Part shown: positions 28,190-37,211 of the stretch, piece by piece
Position numbering within the stretch: position 1 is the first letter of the stretch
Layout: each line of letters opens with the position of its first letter
Assembly (NCBI GenBank): GCA_043767565.1
Contig: JAYUGV010000020.1
Coordinates: 1-43,054, forward strand
Direction: 5' to 3'
From: Anaerolineales bacterium
GTDB taxonomy: Bacteria; Chloroflexota; Anaerolineae; Anaerolineales; Villigracilaceae
DNA length: 43,054 nt
Translations under genes and position numbers: made by a program
The notes under the pieces: generated by a model
The model's input: only the letters and a program-made list of their open reading frames with translations
Database searches by the model: none
What the model was told of the DNA's origin: nothing

Positions 28190-29185
28190 CTAATTTCGAA
28201 TGCGGGGATCAAGCAAAGGATATACAAATTCCATCAACACCATTAAGGTGGCGACGGCAATGGTAACAAATAAGACGACACCATAAATAACCAGGAAATC
28301 ATTGGACTGGATCGCTTCTTGCAACACACGTCCAAGCCCGGGCAAGCCAAATTGAGATTCGATAACAATTGCAGAAGTGACCACCCCGCCTAGTGCCAAA
28401 GCCAGACCGGTTACTTGCGGCAGGAGGGCGTTGCGCAGGTAATAATCCTTAAAAATGGCGTACCCCCCGAGTCCCTTGTGCTCGGCAAAGTTAACATAGT
28501 CTTCACCCTGAATGGTTATCCCCATACCGCGCATCGTAAGCGTCCAGCCTCCGACAGAGCCTAACAAGAGCGCCAAACCAGGCAGGAGTTGATGCCAGAC
28601 CACATCCCAAACAAAAGCGGGTGAAGACCAGTCGGGGATGACTCCAGTACCATAAGCGCCGCCCAAGGGGGCTAGTTTGAGTTTAAAACCGATAAAGAAT
28701 AATAACAGAACCCCCATGACGACTGGTGGCACACCTTGCAGCAAAATAAAGGGTGTTGCCACGGTGCGAAGCCATTGGGGCGAACGCGGCCAGGCAGCAA
28801 TCGCACCCAGTAAATTTCCAATAACAAAGGATAGTGTGGTGGTTACGAGCAGGAGAACAATCGTCCACGGGAGCGAGTCCATAATCAATTCCATGACGGT
28901 TCTAGGATATTTATTGAATGATACGCCCATATCAAGGCGAGCGACGCTGGATACATAATCCCAGTATTGTGCCAGGAGCGGTTTGTCAAGACCAAATTTT
29001 GTATTGTAAGACGCGATAATTTCCTCGAGGCTTTCAGGCGAAAAACCACCGGTGCGCGCCAGCGCGGCAAAACGCTCACGCACGGGATTCCTATCAGAAA
29101 GCCGCGGGATGAAGAAGGAGATGGTTGAAGCAGCCCAGATCACCAAAATTAGAAAGAGCAGGCGGTTAATAATGAGTTTTGTCAT
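28190..29185 (-). CDS. ABC transporter permease (OppB-like)
   Basis: FGLDKPL, DYVNFAEHKGL, LRNALLP and LDPRIR. An AAGGAG RBS precedes ATG 29185. Confidence 0.9.
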   Translation of the reverse strand: MTKLIINRLLFLILVIWAASTISFFIPRLSDRNPVRERFAALARTGGFSPESLEEIIASYNTKFGLDKPLLAQYWDYVSSVARLDMGVSFNKYPRTVMELIMDSLPWTIVLLLVTTTLSFVIGNLLGAIAAWPRSPQWLRTVATPFILLQGVPPVVMGVLLLFFIGFKLKLAPLGGAYGTGVIPDWSSPAFVWDVVWHQLLPGLALLLGSVGGWTLTMRGMGITIQGEDYVNFAEHKGLGGYAIFKDYYLRNALLPQVTGLALALGGVVTSAIVIESQFGLPGLGRVLQEAIQSNDFLVIYGVVLFVTIAVATLMVLMEFVYPLLDPRIRN

Positions 29186-29247
29186 GAGGCACTCCTTGCA
29201 TAGGATAATAAATAATAACACTTGCAGGCGAAAAACAGTTAACCTAA

Positions 29248-29293
29248 TTTCAATGCATAGGGACACTACAAGCAACGTCCCTATGCATTGAAA
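29248..29293. repeat. 17 bp inverted repeat (REP-like hairpin) between SBP and permease genes
   Basis: tttcaatgcatagggac-N12-gtccctatgcattgaaa. Confidence 0.75.
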
Positions 29294-29336
29294 AGTTTAT
29301 GTAAAACCTGAACGAATCAGGTCTTGCTTGTAAAGG

Positions 29337-29366
29337 TTACGTGGCGCGCTTGAGCGCGCCACGTAA
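29337..29366 (-). terminator. GC-rich hairpin directly after the SBP gene (attenuating or stabilising stem-loop)
   Basis: ttacgtggcgcgct-tg-agcgcgccacgtaa, 18 bp past the stop codon. Confidence 0.7.
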
Positions 29367-29383
29367 TTCAAAACATCAAATAT

Positions 29384-31225
29384 TTATTTGGCTTTCTCGA
29401 GGCCGGTGATAACCAACATACCGGTATGTGCCCAGAAAGCGCCGTTGGTACCCATTGCCAAATTGTCCGCGGTTGGCCAATTGGTCCAATAGGTCTGGTT
29501 GTAGGGGATGCGGTGCAACCATTGGATGATAGGAATGTCGATCGTGTCACGCCAGTAAATGCCCATTGCCTGTGCAGCAAGTTCCGAGAACCTGGGGTCG
29601 TCACTGCTGAGCGGAGCCATCTCGGCGAGAATAGCATCGTATTCCGGGTTCGAATAACGCGAGAAGGCGTTGTTACCCGCAGTTGTGCCGATCGGGGAGC
29701 TGTTGGCGGAGGTGTATAACTTTAATACCGCCTCTGGATCCTTTAAGCTGGCGCCGTGACCGAACATATAAAGACCGGGTTCACCGTTCGCCATATGGTT
29801 GTAGGAGTCAGGGCTAAAGTCAATGTCAGCGTCAAAGCCGCCGGCACGCAGCATTTCAACCAGAATCGTTACGATATCTGAATGAATGCCTTCAAAGCCG
29901 TTGATGACGGCCGGTACTGTTGCGCCGTCCTTCTCCCACATGCCATCGCCATTTTTGGCAAAGCCAGCAGCGGTCATAAGTTTGGCGCTTTCATCAAGGT
30001 CAAACTTGCGTGGTTCATATTGTGCTACCAACGCTTTGACATCATCGCGATCTGCAAACTTCTGCAAGCCAGGATAGAGAGGGAAGGGGTAAATGGTGGT
30101 AACTTTTGCACCTTCGTATAAGAGTTCGTCAATCTGGTCGCGGTTAACAGCAAGGCTGATAGCGCGGCGGACGTTCTTATCGTTAAAAGGCGCGATCTGA
30201 GTGTTCATCCACAACGAGTTAGGCCACCAGTCTAGATAGCCGTAAGGTGAAGAGCTGCCGGTGTGAGTCGTGACCTTCGGGTTGGAATCAAGGATCTGCT
30301 TGGCAACGCTGCTGCGCACATCGAGGATGGCGTCAAATTCGTTGTTGACCAGGCGTTGGATGACGATATCCATGTTTTGACCGACTTGACCGCCGATGTT
30401 CACAATGACGATACGCTTAACCTGAGGTTCGGCGATACGGCCAGCTTTGACAGCCCACCAATCTGAACGCAGATCATAGATCTTCTGGTTGGCGTCCCAC
30501 AGAACGAGGCTATAAGGACCCGAGTGGGGCATATCCAAGCCGCCAGGGAAAGCCTGTACATCGGCTTGTGCTTCCAATACATGCGCAGGCACAATTGGAA
30601 TGCCGGTATCGAACTTGAGCATCAGCACTTCAAAGGCAAAGCGCGGGGCGGGGATCTTGAATGTGACTACCACGGTCTTATCATCTGGAGTAGCAACGCT
30701 TTTCATATATTGAACAAAGGAACCATGGTAAGGCAACTTGTCGTTCGTCAACTGGCCATTGAATGTGAAAGCTACGTCTTTGGAGGTCACGGGTATACCA
30801 TCGCTCCAGGCGGCATCTTTATTGAGTTTGATGGTCAATTCGGTGAAGTCGGCTTTGGTGTATTCCATGCTATCAGCCAACCAGGGGATTTGCTTGTCGG
30901 CGAAGATGGCAAAGTACATCAGAGGTTCCCACAGCATGGCATTGCCAGACTGATGGGTGTAGCCGGTGGACCAAGGGTTGGTTGTGCCAATCGGGTCACT
31001 AATAGACCAACCCAGGATGGCAGTGTCTTCACGGGCAACTTCAGACAAACTAGCAACGGCTTCGGTTGCCGCAGGGGCATCGGTCGCAACGGCGGGGGCA
31101 TCGGTCGCAACGGCGGGGGCTTCGGTCGCAACGGCGGGGGCTTCGGTGGGTTTTGCACCACCACCGCAAGCAACGAGCACGATCGCCACCAAGGCGATGA
31201 TACTAAATAACTTGAACTTATTCAT
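29384..31225 (-). CDS. ABC transporter family-5 substrate-binding lipoprotein (probably oligosaccharide-binding)
   Basis: Lipobox VLVAC, repeat linker, PWLA, WSDG.PVT..DV.FT and VRRAISLAVNR. Confidence 0.9.
   Translation of the reverse strand: MNKFKLFSIIALVAIVLVACGGGAKPTEAPAVATEAPAVATDAPAVATDAPAATEAVASLSEVAREDTAILGWSISDPIGTTNPWSTGYTHQSGNAMLWEPLMYFAIFADKQIPWLADSMEYTKADFTELTIKLNKDAAWSDGIPVTSKDVAFTFNGQLTNDKLPYHGSFVQYMKSVATPDDKTVVVTFKIPAPRFAFEVLMLKFDTGIPIVPAHVLEAQADVQAFPGGLDMPHSGPYSLVLWDANQKIYDLRSDWWAVKAGRIAEPQVKRIVIVNIGGQVGQNMDIVIQRLVNNEFDAILDVRSSVAKQILDSNPKVTTHTGSSSPYGYLDWWPNSLWMNTQIAPFNDKNVRRAISLAVNRDQIDELLYEGAKVTTIYPFPLYPGLQKFADRDDVKALVAQYEPRKFDLDESAKLMTAAGFAKNGDGMWEKDGATVPAVINGFEGIHSDIVTILVEMLRAGGFDADIDFSPDSYNHMANGEPGLYMFGHGASLKDPEAVLKLYTSANSSPIGTTAGNNAFSRYSNPEYDAILAEMAPLSSDDPRFSELAAQAMGIYWRDTIDIPIIQWLHRIPYNQTYWTNWPTADNLAMGTNGAFWAHTGMLVITGLEKAK
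31075..31147 (-). repeat. 21 bp coding tandem repeat (APAVAT[E/D], about 3.5 copies) in the SBP linker
   Basis: tcggtcgcaacggcgggggc(a/t) starts at 31080, 31101 and 31122. Confidence 0.9.
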
Positions 31226-31285
31226 TTGTTCTAATCTCCTCGTAATATGGTTATTGATTTATTTGCATTACACAAACCGGGCGTG

Positions 31286-31433
31286 AGAGATAGGATGAAT
31301 TATTTAGTGCGAGTACCTCCTTTGTCAGGATGTTGCGCTTTTGGGGTCGAACGACTAAAATTATAGGTGAATGATGTCTTTATGTCAACTGCAAGATGTG
31401 ATAAATCATTTTCACAGACAAGAGATAGGATGA
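31286..31433. promoter_or_regulatory. Direct-repeat operator candidates flanking the promoter
   Basis: agagataggatga occurs at 31286-31298 and 31421-31433. Related GATGT half-sites lie near 31327, 31374 and 31395. Confidence 0.5.
31360..31388 (-). promoter_or_regulatory. Consensus sigma70 promoter of the ABC/dehydratase arm
   Basis: Minus strand TTGACA-taaagacatcattcacc(17 nt)-TATAAT. The -35 box is 31383-31388 and the -10 box is 31360-31365. Confidence 0.85.
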
Positions 31434-31689
31434 GTCTTAGAATCTTAGAATCTAAAATTCAAAATCGCATTTTTTCAATTAAGACTTACAGAAAAAGCCA
31501 TGAAATCTTTGGCGCACACGGCTTCTGATATTATCCAAGCAGCTGGTCAAAAATAGTTTTCAAGCCAGAAGGGCGTATCTACATTAAAAATGTGAAGCTA
31601 ATGAAACGAATCAATTTCAACTGGCCAGCCTCTCACTAAATCAATACTCAAACTTAACCAGCATACATAAATCTTATTACGGAGAATCC

Positions 31690-33159
31690 ATGCCTGAATT
31701 TTTTCGAATAACCCTGGAAAAGAAAGTAATCCGTCTTTGTTTGCTCTTTGCTCTTCTAGGCGTATCAGCTTGTCAATCAACCCCAAAAACAGAAACCACA
31801 CCGTCCACCCCAATCCCCGCGGGCAGTTTGCTTACGCCCGAAAAAAGTCAACCCATACCCGGTGGACCCGTCTTATTGTATAAGGGAATATCCCTCCGCA
31901 AGGTATTGGATATTGGACCCGGAAAAATTCGTGTGGTGCTCAACCCCGCCGATGGAAATGTATATGTATTAAATCCGGGTGATGGTATTTACAGGATCAA
32001 CAACCTGGCTGACAACGCATCCAAGGAACTGGTCGCTTCGTCAAAACAAGAAATCGGCGGCTCACCCACCGGAATGGCATTCGCACAAGACGGCACATTG
32101 TATGTTGTTTACAATGAAGTAGTGAACGACAACACGAACCGTGTGGTCATCCGCAAAGGGACACCCGATGGAAATGGGAAGTTTACATGGGGAACGCTTG
32201 CCGCATCGGAGCCTTATCCATTAAGCAATACCTATTTCGATCATTTGTATAACGGCATCGTCGTCAGCGCGGATGGTCAATATGTTTATGTCAATGGCGG
32301 TTCGCGCACCGACCATGGTGAAGTGGAAACTAATGGCGGCGCTTTTCCCGAGACTCGTGAAGCTGCCCTGACTTCAAAAATTTTAAGAATCCCCACCAGC
32401 GCAAATGATCTGGTGCTGCCTAATGATGAAGCCGCTTTGGATGCGCAGAAATTAATTTTTGCACGCGGAACACGCAACGCCTACGATATGGCATTCGCGC
32501 CAAACGGCGATCTATTCGCAATTGATAATGGACCCGACGCAGATTATCCCGATGAACTCAATTGGATCCAGGAGGGCGCTCATTATGGTTTCCCCTGGCG
32601 CTTTGGCACACAAGACAACCCTCAACGTTTAGCCGATTACGACCCTGCAAAAACCAAAGATGTATATTTGCAAAGCGGTTTCTTCGCTGTTGACAATGGC
32701 TTCTATCATAACGATCCAAAATTCCCGCAACCTCCTACAGGCACATTTACCGATCCGGTTATCAATCTCGGACCTGACGTGATGAAATATCGTGGAGATG
32801 ACGGCAACGAACACGATGCAGGCAAGGAAGGCAAAACGCTTTCGACATTTACACCGCATCGTTCTCCCTTGGGGCTGGTCTTTGCAACTGAGGCAAAACT
32901 CCCCACTCCCTGGCGCGGCAGTGCTGCGCAATTCAACGCCTTTTTAGTGAGCTGGGGTGCGGCAGGCGGAACATTAAGCGACAAGGGTCAGGATCTGCTT
33001 TTCTTGCAACTCTTCAAGAAAGACGATCATTACGAAACCACCACGCTTCAAATTGCAACCGGCTTCAAAAATCCAATTGATGCGGTTTTGATCGACAACA
33101 AATTGTATATCCTGGAATATGGTGACTCAGCTGCCATCTGGGAATTAACATTTCAATAA
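31690..33159 (+). CDS. PQQ-dependent sugar (glucose/sorbosone) dehydrogenase family lipoprotein
   Basis: Lipobox GVSAC, a PT linker, GSRTDHG, ARGTRNAYDMAF, DELNWI, HYGFP and HRSPLG. Confidence 0.8.
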   Translation: MPEFFRITLEKKVIRLCLLFALLGVSACQSTPKTETTPSTPIPAGSLLTPEKSQPIPGGPVLLYKGISLRKVLDIGPGKIRVVLNPADGNVYVLNPGDGIYRINNLADNASKELVASSKQEIGGSPTGMAFAQDGTLYVVYNEVVNDNTNRVVIRKGTPDGNGKFTWGTLAASEPYPLSNTYFDHLYNGIVVSADGQYVYVNGGSRTDHGEVETNGGAFPETREAALTSKILRIPTSANDLVLPNDEAALDAQKLIFARGTRNAYDMAFAPNGDLFAIDNGPDADYPDELNWIQEGAHYGFPWRFGTQDNPQRLADYDPAKTKDVYLQSGFFAVDNGFYHNDPKFPQPPTGTFTDPVINLGPDVMKYRGDDGNEHDAGKEGKTLSTFTPHRSPLGLVFATEAKLPTPWRGSAAQFNAFLVSWGAAGGTLSDKGQDLLFLQLFKKDDHYETTTLQIATGFKNPIDAVLIDNKLYILEYGDSAAIWELTFQ

Positions 33160-33171
33160 TCAACCACCAGC

Positions 33172-33936
33172 ATGAACAATACCATGACGAACGTAGATTC
33201 AAGGTCGACCTCTGATAATGCCCCAAACCCGGGACATATACGCACGCGCCGCGGTTATCATGAGATCTTTGAGGCTCTGCAACAACGTATTCGTCAGGGG
33301 GATTGGTTACCCGGTGCACGCCTGCCCAGCATTGTACAACTGGCGAAAGAGTATCAAGTCGGCGCCGGTTCGATCCGTGAGGCTTTACGTTCCTTACAAT
33401 CCATCGGACTGGTCAAGATCGAGCACGGCAGCGGTGTGTATATTACCGGATCACGACCCGCTACTGAACTATCCAGCCACTTTCAAAACGTGGGCGAGGA
33501 TCAACTTATTGCGCTCGCTGAAACCCGTTGTATTTTGGAACCGGAACTTGCGGCTCTGGCTGCTGAACGCGGAACGGATGATGAGTTGGCTGAAATTGAA
33601 GGGCTTGTGCGCCAAATGGAAGAGGAAGATAAACACGGCAATGATTTTGCCGAACTGGATGTATTGTTCCATCGGAAAATAGCGCATGCCGCGCGTAACC
33701 CCATACTCTACCAAACTATAGAAGGCGTTAGTGATTTATTTTTAGAGAGTCGCCGTGCCGTCCTTTTAAACCCGACCTTGTTATTGCGCGCCTTGCGCTA
33801 TCACGCCCTGATTGCAGAAGCGCTAAAGCTAAGAAATGCGCCGCAGGCACGCTTATTAATGCAAGGGCACATGAACTCCATGTTGGACGAAGTTATAGCT
33901 TCCGAAGAAAATAAAAATAATAAGGAAAAACTATGA
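33172..33936 (+). CDS. GntR/FadR-family transcriptional regulator
   Basis: PGARLPS, SIREAL and HGSGVY, plus an FCD domain (ETRCILE, DVLFHRKIA, N, H). Confidence 0.92.
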   Translation: MNNTMTNVDSRSTSDNAPNPGHIRTRRGYHEIFEALQQRIRQGDWLPGARLPSIVQLAKEYQVGAGSIREALRSLQSIGLVKIEHGSGVYITGSRPATELSSHFQNVGEDQLIALAETRCILEPELAALAAERGTDDELAEIEGLVRQMEEEDKHGNDFAELDVLFHRKIAHAARNPILYQTIEGVSDLFLESRRAVLLNPTLLLRALRYHALIAEALKLRNAPQARLLMQGHMNSMLDEVIASEENKNNKEKL

Positions 33937-34760
33937 GAATTGCAGTTACAGGCGGCAACGGGGATATGGGCAGAAGCCTGATCCCATATTTGCTGGAACA
34001 GAATCACACAGTCGTCAGCATTGACCGCGCATTACCAACACCCGCTCGTGTACCTGGTGTGAATTTTATCGTGGCAGATACCCGCGATTTTGGACAATTC
34101 GTTGCCAGCATTCGCGATTGTGATGCATTGATTCATCTTGCGGCGATTCGCGCACCAGTCAATCATCCCGACCCCGTGGTCTATGCAGATAATACGATCA
34201 GCAGTTACAACGCTTTGAGTGCCGCCGCAACGCTCGGGATTAAACGTGTGAGTATGGCGTCTTCCATCAATGCGATCGGTGGGGCGTTCAGCCGCTCGCC
34301 GTGCTACGATTATTTTCCTGTTGATGAAAATCATCCCACCTATTCAGAAGATCCTTATAGTCTTTCCAAGTGGGTCATGGAACAACAAGGCGATGCCTTC
34401 GCTCGTCGTTTCGAATGGATGTCGATTGCGAGCTTACGTCTGCACATGTTGATCGATTCACGCGCGCCGGCAGTTCAACGTACTGCACCCATGGGAGAAA
34501 TTGCAATCAAGCACATTTGGTCTTACACGCTGCTCAAAGAAGCGAGTCGGGCTTTCCTGCTTTCATTGACAGCAGATTTTACCGGGCATGAAGTTTTCTA
34601 CATCACGGCGCCTGTTACAGCCGCAATGCAACCGTCAACCGAACTTGTACAGCAATATTACCCGTCCGTAGAAATTCGCGGCGACTTATCAAACCATAAC
34701 AGCCTCATCAATTGTTCCAAAGCCGAGCGCATCCTCGGCTGGAAACACCAGGAGAATTAA
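33933..34760 (+). CDS. NAD-dependent epimerase/dehydratase family oxidoreductase (paralog of 14723..15550)
   Basis: VTGGNGDMG, HLAA, ASS and EDPYSLSKW. Confidence 0.85.
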   Translation: MRIAVTGGNGDMGRSLIPYLLEQNHTVVSIDRALPTPARVPGVNFIVADTRDFGQFVASIRDCDALIHLAAIRAPVNHPDPVVYADNTISSYNALSAAATLGIKRVSMASSINAIGGAFSRSPCYDYFPVDENHPTYSEDPYSLSKWVMEQQGDAFARRFEWMSIASLRLHMLIDSRAPAVQRTAPMGEIAIKHIWSYTLLKEASRAFLLSLTADFTGHEVFYITAPVTAAMQPSTELVQQYYPSVEIRGDLSNHNSLINCSKAERILGWKHQEN

Positions 34761-34763
34761 CCT

Positions 34764-35951
34764 ATGAAGATCACAGATATCAAACCCCTCCCCGTTTGGG
34801 TGGGCAGTCGCAATCAGTTGGTTGTCAAAGTGGAAACCGATGAAGGGCTTTACGGACTCGGCGAATCAGGCTTGAGCGGACGCGAGTTGGCGGTCATCGG
34901 CGCGCTGAAACATTTCCGTGAATTTCTGATCGGCAAGGACCCATTGCAGATCGGGCGCATCTGGCAGGAGCTTTATCGAAGCCAGTATTTTGAAGGCGGA
35001 CGTGTTTTGCTTGCTGCGCAAAGCGCCATCGATATTGCGCTTTATGACATTGCTGGCAAAGCCCTCAATGTGCCAGTGTATCAATTGCTGGGCGGCAAGC
35101 ATCGGGATGTGATTCCGTGTTTCGCAACCGCATCAGGTGCGGGTCCGGCATTGATCGATGATGTCAAGTTATTGAGAAAACATGGTTGGAACGTCATCCG
35201 CACCGGACCGATGACGCTCGATCATCACGGCGGCTTCACTGGGGAATCAGATATTTGGGAGCCCCGTGAAAGTATTCCCATGACTGCCAAATGGCTGACA
35301 AAGGTGCGCGAAGAATGCGGCAGTGATTTTGTGATGGGCATTGATTATCATCATCGCCTCAACCTCGCTGAGACGGCGTCTTTTTGCCAGCGTATGCCAA
35401 AAGGGACACTTGATTTTATTGAAGAACCCATGCGTGATGAATCACCTGAAGCATATGAAGCGTTGCGCAAAATGACGGATGTTCCGTTTGCAATTGGCGA
35501 AGAGTTCGCAAGCAAATGGCAATTCGCGCCTTTCATTGAAAGACACCTCACCGATTTTGCGCGCGTGGATCTGTGCAACGTGGGAGGTTTTACTGAAGCG
35601 ATGAAAGTGGCTGGTTGGGCTGAAGCGCATTACATTGACTTGATGCCGCACAACCCGCTGGGTCCCGTTTGCACTGCCGCAACGATCCATATGGCGGCGG
35701 CGGTACCCAACTTTGCCTGGCTTGAAGTGCGTGTGACGCAAACCGAGAATTTATATTACGGGCAATCTGGTGTAAACGATGCGGAAGCGTTATTCCCGGT
35801 TCAGCCATTGCTCGAAGGCACATCCTTCCCCGTGCCCACTGCGCCTGGACTCGGCATTGAGATGGATTTGAAACTCGCCGAATCACAGACCTGGAAATTC
35901 TGGGAAGCCCCGCATTGGAAGCGCCGCGACGGCTCTGTCCAAAATTGGTAA
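34764..35951 (+). CDS. Mandelate racemase/muconate lactonizing family (galactonate dehydratase-like)
   Basis: AIDIALYDIAGKALNVPVYQLLGG, IDYHHR, IEEP, IGEE and MPHNPLGP. Confidence 0.85.
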   Translation: MKITDIKPLPVWVGSRNQLVVKVETDEGLYGLGESGLSGRELAVIGALKHFREFLIGKDPLQIGRIWQELYRSQYFEGGRVLLAAQSAIDIALYDIAGKALNVPVYQLLGGKHRDVIPCFATASGAGPALIDDVKLLRKHGWNVIRTGPMTLDHHGGFTGESDIWEPRESIPMTAKWLTKVREECGSDFVMGIDYHHRLNLAETASFCQRMPKGTLDFIEEPMRDESPEAYEALRKMTDVPFAIGEEFASKWQFAPFIERHLTDFARVDLCNVGGFTEAMKVAGWAEAHYIDLMPHNPLGPVCTAATIHMAAAVPNFAWLEVRVTQTENLYYGQSGVNDAEALFPVQPLLEGTSFPVPTAPGLGIEMDLKLAESQTWKFWEAPHWKRRDGSVQNW

Positions 35952-36011
35952 AACATGAATCTGGACATTTATTCCGGATCAAATTTAACCCTGTGCTTGA
36001 TTCTTTAAAAT

Positions 36012-37208
36012 ATGCCTGCTCTTACCCGTCGTGACTTTCTGATCCTTGCAGGTGCAGTTGGCACGACAGTTTTAGTCGCCCGCATTGGGGCAGGTAAATA
36101 TTTAAATAGCCAATCATCAGATCCACTTCAAACTTTGGAGACATCCATGCCTTCTTCGTCACTCATCTTTGCCAGCGGATATGCTCCCGCAAATCAGCCA
36201 GGCATTCAAGCATTTATGTTCAATGAAACCAGTGGTGCGTTGGAATCGCATGGTTCTTTCACTGGCATCTTCAACCCTTCGTTCATCCTCGTCCATCCCA
36301 ACGGTAAATGGCTGTATGCAGTAAGTGAGGCAGGTCAATCGAGTGACGGCACCCCGGGCGGTGTCTGCGCCTTGAGTTTTGAGCGTGAACCATTTTCCAT
36401 ACGTTTGCTAAACCAGCAAACCACGCGCGGTGATTGGCCCTGTCATCTGAGGCTCGATGGAACAGGTCAATGGTTGGTCGCTACCAATTATGGTACTGGT
36501 AACGCTGCTATATATCCGCTTCAAGCTGATGGCTCTCTCGACGAGATGACAGATTTCGTCCAACATCAAGGCAAGGGACCGAACACGGCGCGACAAGAGG
36601 GACCACACGCTCACTCATCCATCTTCACGCCGGATAATCGCTTCGTCATCATCGCCGATTTGGGAATTGACCAGCTTGTAATGTATAAATTCGATTCGTC
36701 AACAGGCAAACTTTCACTGCACGCCTCGGTCAACGCATCGCCCGGGGCTGGTCCACGCCATTTGGCTTTTCATCCAAACGAAAAGTGGCTGTATGCCGCG
36801 AATGAACTTGATAGCACGGTGACGTTATATGAGTATGAGGCTGTGAATGGCACATTACTTGAAAAACAAAACATACCTACCATCCCATCTGATGCTCCAG
36901 AAAATATTGTTGCCGATATTCATCTCGACACATCTGGCAAACGGCTTTATGTTTCCAACCGCGGGTATAACAGTATTGCCGTATATGACCTCAACGACGA
37001 TGGCAATCTGACTTTGGTTTCGATTCCTGCCTGCGGCGGAAACTGGCCGCGAAATTTTGCGCTCGCGCCGCAGGGAAACTTTATGCTGGTCGCAAATCAA
37101 TATAGCAATGAAGTGAGCGTCCTGCCAATTCTTGATGGAGTGGACGTGCTCGGCGATCCAGTGGCACGCGCAACTGTTGCTGGCGCTTCATGTGTACAAT
37201 TTGTATAA
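36012..37208 (+). CDS. pgl: 6-phosphogluconolactonase/lactonase family protein with N-terminal Tat-like signal
   Basis: TRRDFL followed by a hydrophobic stretch. Motifs NPSF, PCH, RQEGPHAH, DLGID, GPRHL, SNRG and PRNF. Confidence 0.85.
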   Translation: MPALTRRDFLILAGAVGTTVLVARIGAGKYLNSQSSDPLQTLETSMPSSSLIFASGYAPANQPGIQAFMFNETSGALESHGSFTGIFNPSFILVHPNGKWLYAVSEAGQSSDGTPGGVCALSFEREPFSIRLLNQQTTRGDWPCHLRLDGTGQWLVATNYGTGNAAIYPLQADGSLDEMTDFVQHQGKGPNTARQEGPHAHSSIFTPDNRFVIIADLGIDQLVMYKFDSSTGKLSLHASVNASPGAGPRHLAFHPNEKWLYAANELDSTVTLYEYEAVNGTLLEKQNIPTIPSDAPENIVADIHLDTSGKRLYVSNRGYNSIAVYDLNDDGNLTLVSIPACGGNWPRNFALAPQGNFMLVANQYSNEVSVLPILDGVDVLGDPVARATVAGASCVQFV

Positions 37209-37211
37209 ACT

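Noticed and set aside
31075-31147. Repeat array as CRISPR or non-coding element
   Set aside because: It has no spacers and is an in-frame coding linker.
31312-31324. Strong SD-like AAAGGAGG in the SBP leader suggesting a leader peptide
   Set aside because: No start codon follows at a usable distance.
31435-31468. Short tcttagaa/tctaaaa tandem repeats
   Set aside because: This is a low-complexity AT-rich stretch with no function supportable from the sequence.
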